NCBI GenBank assembly: GCA_013265495.1
Contig: MU061814.1
Coordinates: 4,260,759-4,324,758 of the forward strand
Reading direction: 5' to 3'
Source: Vicugna vicugna
Lineage: Eukaryota
Length of the DNA stretch: 64,000 nucleotides
This document shows positions 58,946 through 64,000 of the stretch, piece after piece. Within the stretch, counting starts at the first letter, position 1. Each line of letters starts with the position of its first letter. Below the pieces are notes generated by a model. That model saw nothing but the letters and a program-made list of their open reading frames with translations. It had not been told where the DNA came from and ran no database searches. The translations under genes and the position numbers were made by a program.

Positions 58946-61900
58946 CAGCTCTGATTCTCTGCCGTCCTGCTGGTGCCTAGAATCCCAGACCCTGTCAAGC
59001 ATTCAGGTCCTCGTGGAATGAAGCAGAAATGAAATGAACGGTTCACCTTGAGCCATCGTAGTACGCGTTCCACGTGAGTTAACCTTCCATCACCAAATGA
59101 CAGTGACGCGCCCCAGCCGTTCAGACGACCTGGGATCCCGTTCCCGAGAGGAGCCTGCAAATGAGGCCCCAGGGTATCCACGAGAGAGCCTTAAACGTGC
59201 ACACGTGGACCTACAAACCTTTAGGAGAATTAATTTCTCTGAGTCCGTGAATTCTTCAAAAGGATGGGAAGGGAAGTCCCAGCTTGGCAGCTCTGAGACC
59301 CTTCCCCGGGCCAGGGTGTCTGGGGTCCCAGCAGGGAGCCGCCTCCGTGTCTGCAGCACCCGCGGACCCCAGCTCGTTCCGCTGCTCTCTGGTCCCCTCC
59401 CAGCAATACAAGTTACTCCAACATCACCCTCCCCCTCGATGGAAAGCAGCTGTTTTATTTCTGATTGACTCTTTCTTTGAGCAAATCCTCCAGAATCAAG
59501 TTACTTGAAGGGTAATTGTTCCTGACGAACATCTTGCTTTTCCCTCCGTGCAGCTGCGGTTGTTCAGTCTCGGTCCCACCATCGACTGACTGGCGTGTTT
59601 ACTGCTTGACTCTGCCCCCTCCTTTCACTGTGGGTCCGTGTTGTCTGGTTCTCTCAGTCGAGGGAGGTTGTGTTCTGTAAGTTTTAGGGAGAGCTACGTT
59701 TCGCTTTCCTGTGTTCCTCATATATAGGGTAAGAAATGTTTAATCTCAACCACTTTAAAATTGAGTGTCTCAATACAGCATCCTCAGACTTTGACACGAG
59801 CCCATTAACTGACAAGATCTAAGTTTCAGGGAGAAGCTGACCAGTCTCGGACGTGCAGGCATCACCTCTACAAAGTCTGGAAACGTGTGTCACTCAGTTG
59901 CATGGACTCCCCTTCAGGTATTAGATTTCCTACTCACGTGCATATTTAGTCCATCACCAAAACTAGCTAGGAGGTAGCCACGGTCCTCCCGGAGCTGTGC
60001 AGGGGCAGACGTTCCGTAATCTCACGTGAGTGGCAGTAACTCCTGGGCTTCCCCCGGGTTTTGGACGTCGAGGGCATCCTTGTGAGGAGCCAGGGCACAC
60101 GTCCTAACAGAGCCAGGAGGCCTGGGATCAGGGCAGGAGTGAGGAACAGGGCGGAAAGGGGGTACCGGGGTGCCAGTCTTCCTGCCCCACGACTGCAGAC
60201 CCCCGCGTCCCGGGCGGGGTTATTCTGGAGGCATCAGACCATCAGCTGCTCCACCACAGTTCTGTCTTGGAGAACGTGCCCCACCCAACCCTGAAGGGCC
60301 ACCCACACCACACTGAACCCTCAGTCCCACCACAGGTGACAGGCCCAGGGGTTCAGACACGGTGCTTGTATGGGTAGAAGGACGCTGAATGCCAGAGGGA
60401 CGTGGGGTGGGGGCACTGAAAGAGGCAAAGAGAGAAAGAGGGGACAGAACAGAAAGGAGAGGTGGTGAGCCCTTGAGAGACAGGGAGATGGCCACATCTC
60501 CTGACCCCTCAGGTTCTGCTTTGAGCCTGGGGTCCAGCCATGCGTCACCTGTACGGTACTCGTGGTTCACTGTCACCACCACTGTGTGTCCCCTGAACCA
60601 TCAAAGGCTCAAAGTAAAACCCCCGTGAGAGTCTGGTTCAGCACGTATGCCCAGGACACGGCTGCAGGCCGGGGCCGAGTGGCTCCCAGAAGAAACAAGG
60701 AGCGAGCTCAAGAAAGGGTCAGCACGTCAACTAGGCGCCCGCAGCGAGGTGGCCGGTGGCACAGGTCAGAGTGACCAGTGGAACTACAGTGAGACATGCA
60801 GGTAAACACAGTAAAGGAAAAACATTCCTTAGTTGACAGTAGAATAAAAAGCGTTTGATAGAACCAGTGGCGTAATTATGAAGCTGTGACCCCGCGTTTT
60901 GAACAGTGAGTACCTTCCCCATGTCCGCCCGCAGAGGAGCCACTGGGGTTTATGCAGGGCACGCTGACCCACCCAGGGTCTGAGCGTGAATATTAGTCTT
61001 CCACAAGAGGAATCGGAGCTCCTCAGAGAGCAATTGATCTGAGACTCTGCAGAAGAATAAAGTCAAGATGATCCTGGAACATCCTGCTGAAAGAATTCTT
61101 TCTACAGTGTTTGGGAATCATATCAAAAGGACAAAAGAAGCTGACCCAGGAGGCTCCCAGCAGACGCCCTGGGACAATGTGAGCATCACCAAGAAAGGGG
61201 TGATTGCCAGTACCCAGAACTAAGTCAACTCAGTGAAAAACCACAGACCTCGACTGATGCTCAAAACAGGGAAAGCTCGTATCAAGCTTGCAAAGTTTCT
61301 GTGAAAGGGTGGCGGCGGCTGGAGGCGAGCTGGTGCGAGACTGTAAGCCCGCAGGTTCCTTGCTGGTTGATGGGAGAAAATCCACACGCTGCAGGGACCC
61401 GGCAGCCCCCGCTCTCACCCAACAAGCAAACCTCTCGCCCCTCACAGTGAAGGCGCCGGCCGCACGTGCGTCCACCACGGGCCCGCAGCGAAGCACGAAC
61501 GGGTGTGCTGTGAGTCAGCGCCTCACCCAGACTTCACGGCAGCCCTTTCCCCTTTATTGTTTAAACTGGTTTGAGTTGGGGTTTTAGTAAAAATCAGCTA
61601 AGAAGCAGCAAGTCACTTAGATCCCCATGCACAACCTAGGACTCTGGGAAAGACCAGCCCCGCTTCCTCCTGGTCGGCGGGGAAGAACTCTGAGAAGCCT
61701 GGGTCTCCCGGCACCGTGACTAACGTGCGGCCGATGGGGTTAGATCGTTCACGCGCTCATAGGACACGGAGAGGCTCCCCCCCACCTCCTCCTCTCCAGT
61801 CAGCTTCGCCCACAAAGAGCAGGAAGCCAGGCTGGGGTGCAGCCATTGTGGCCTTTGACAGGACTGCCCAGGAAGGGACACGGCTCACCACTGGGTCTTC

Positions 61901-63169
61901 CTTTTATTCTGACTGGTCTTGCAGACAGATTTCTCACTCTTTGGAATTCTGCAGGGGTACATCTGGGACCTCGGTCTCTACATTCTAAGTGAGTCCCTTT
62001 CTGACTCCCATTAGCTCTGGTTCTCGGGGTGTCACTTCACTTCTCAAATCTCAAAACTGCTGGCAAAAGGCGATGCCTCATTTGGAGCAGAACCATTCAG
62101 CAGGACCAGTAATATCTATTATTATCCTGGCGGCGTCAGTGATAAATTCCACCAGACTTCCACTGGGGTCACTGGCGCACATCGTGGTATCACATGTCTT
62201 GGCAATGAAGAGGTTCTCTCTCCAAGAGGGGGTTGGGGGCGGCAGTCTTCCATTGCTTCATTAACTTCCCAAAACACATCCAGGTGTGTGATGCTGAATT
62301 CGTTGCGACAGGACAGGCGACTTAGCACCAAGATTTGTCTGCCTTGGTTCCTTCCTTCACACACCATGTTTTCTTGAATTGGCGCTCCCCTGCTCAGTGT
62401 TCCCTGAGTGTCAAATTTTTAACAAAGACTTCTTTCCACAACCTCCATGGTATTCAAAGGACTGAGACATACATGTCAAATATTTTAAGTCATTTACAAA
62501 CGTATTGAGATTTTCTAATGGTAAATGAGCAGAATGGGGCTGTGGATGGCAAAATTACCAGTTGCATACAGTAATCAGCGGTTGTCTACCACCCATACGA
62601 GACACAGTGGAGAGGAGGCCGGACAGATTTAGCGACTCAATGGATGCATCCAAAAGTACCACTTAGAACCCAGTATTTATTTTCCATGGAGAAGAATAAC
62701 TGTGCTGTTTCCTACTAGGAAATTTATGACGCTTTTTTTCTGTTTAACCAATAACACCTTATGGGCACTTGAAAATTATATTCGCTTATGGATCAAACAG
62801 TCATTTTCATTTGTCCTGACAGAAAAGCATAAATTGCAGTGGGGTCCCCAAAGACCAGGTTCAGGCACGGCTCTGCTAGAATAAACATGGCTACAGCCAA
62901 ACTCCCCATCACTCAGCCTGGGGCTGATGACTTGCTCAGGCCACTCCCTTCACAGGGAAGCCAGACTCTGCTCTTCCTTGAGGCCCAGGCTCAGTCTTCT
63001 CTTCCCACAAACTTCTCTCCAGACATCTCTGCGCTGACTGCTCTCTCCCTGCAGGCCTCCATGGTAGGTGGACCAGTCAGCCCCCCTTTTCACCTCTCTA
63101 AAATCCATGCCCTTACTCTGTCACTTTCCAGCTCCTCTTACTAAGCACAGAGTTTGTTACCATGCACCT

Positions 63170-63397
63170 AAGTTTTGGATTTGGCCGCACTGTTTGTTCC
63201 GGCCAATGGAATTTGGAAAGAGGAATATTCGCAAATTCTAAGCCTAGGACAGGAGTTTAAAACTGCCAAGCAGAGCCCAGACAAGACCAGCAAAACCACC
63301 CTGGCTAATGCACAGACGCATGAAAACTAAATGCTGATTTTTATCCACAACTAATGCTTTGTGGCTGTTTGTTACACAGCACTACCTGATTGATACA
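63170..63397 (+). mobile_element. MaLR LTR fragment (MLT1H/I/J-like) with 3' end
   Basis: CAGACGCATGAAAACTAAATGCTG...GCTTTGTGGCTGTTTGTTACACAGCACTACCTGATTGATACA matches an MLT1 3' terminus. Confidence 0.75.
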
Positions 63398-64000
63398 ACC
63401 TCCTATAGTGTTTTTTTCATGCAGTGCAATGAGTGTGACAGATACGCATCTCAGCCAACTGATACACATATTTATGGCATTTTTCCCCCCAAAACTCAAC
63501 CCAATCCCCAGGCCCCATGCTCCTTAAGTGGGATAAATTCAGTCTCATTCTGTTTAACTCTGCCCATTGCCTTTACCCTGTCTTTGTAACAAAATTCTAA
63601 AAGTTTACAAAGTACGAAGACAGGGAGGGGCCCCTGTGGTCCTTAATGTCATCCACCTACAAAGCTGATTACTAGATGTCCATTAGTCATGGCCCATTTA
63701 GATCGCCCTGGGGACATCCTCGCCCACCTGGGCCCTTCTGACATAGAGTCTCTCTCTTCCACATCTGTCACATGGGGACGTCCTGTTGTTCCAACCATGT
63801 GCTTGGATCTGAACTACTCTGTGTGGTGCCCTTGCGCCTCCTTTGACTCATCAGAGCAGCCACATTGTCCCTGAACTATCCCTAGAGAGAGGTATCCTCT
63901 CCCTCTGTGCTGGGCCTGACAAGCCTCTCCGGACTTGGCCTCCTTTCCTGGTGCTTAGTCCAGGAGTGACGGCAGGGGGCCCATTTCTACAGTGCCAGCT

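Noticed and set aside
61108-61178. Possible 71-nt plus exon (TACAG|...AAT|GTGAGC)
   Set aside because: Short pyrimidine tract, weak donor, and no recognisable peptide.
1-64000. CRISPR arrays, operons, rRNA, ERV internal genes, long VNTRs
   Set aside because: None seen. The sequence is mammalian, with only solo LTRs and short simple repeats.

Overview
GC- and CpG-rich mammalian genomic DNA, most likely from a camelid: it carries tRNA-Ala-derived SINEs of the camelid type and a cetartiodactyl-type L1 3' end, and I saw no ruminant or pig SINEs. I found no recognisable protein-coding exon. The ORF track is explained by GC-rich open frames and decayed L1/L2 remnants. The window looks like part of a very long intron or gene desert. 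It holds two large decayed L1s (about 6.6-11.9 kb and 54.3-57.1 kb), many MIR, L2 and MaLR/ERVL-LTR fragments, and AT-rich non-repetitive islands dense in homeodomain, HMG and GATA motifs that may be enhancers. The most notable structures are: a diverged local inverted duplication (3.6-5.8 kb); a CpG-rich block at 21.5-21.9 kb with strong splice signals on both strands, including a 19-nt microexon candidate; a twin-primed (5'-inverted) L1 with target-site duplication (TSD); and a recursive-splice-site motif at 48488/48489. Repeat family names come from remembered consensus sequences, boundaries are approximate, and no conservation or expression data could be consulted.
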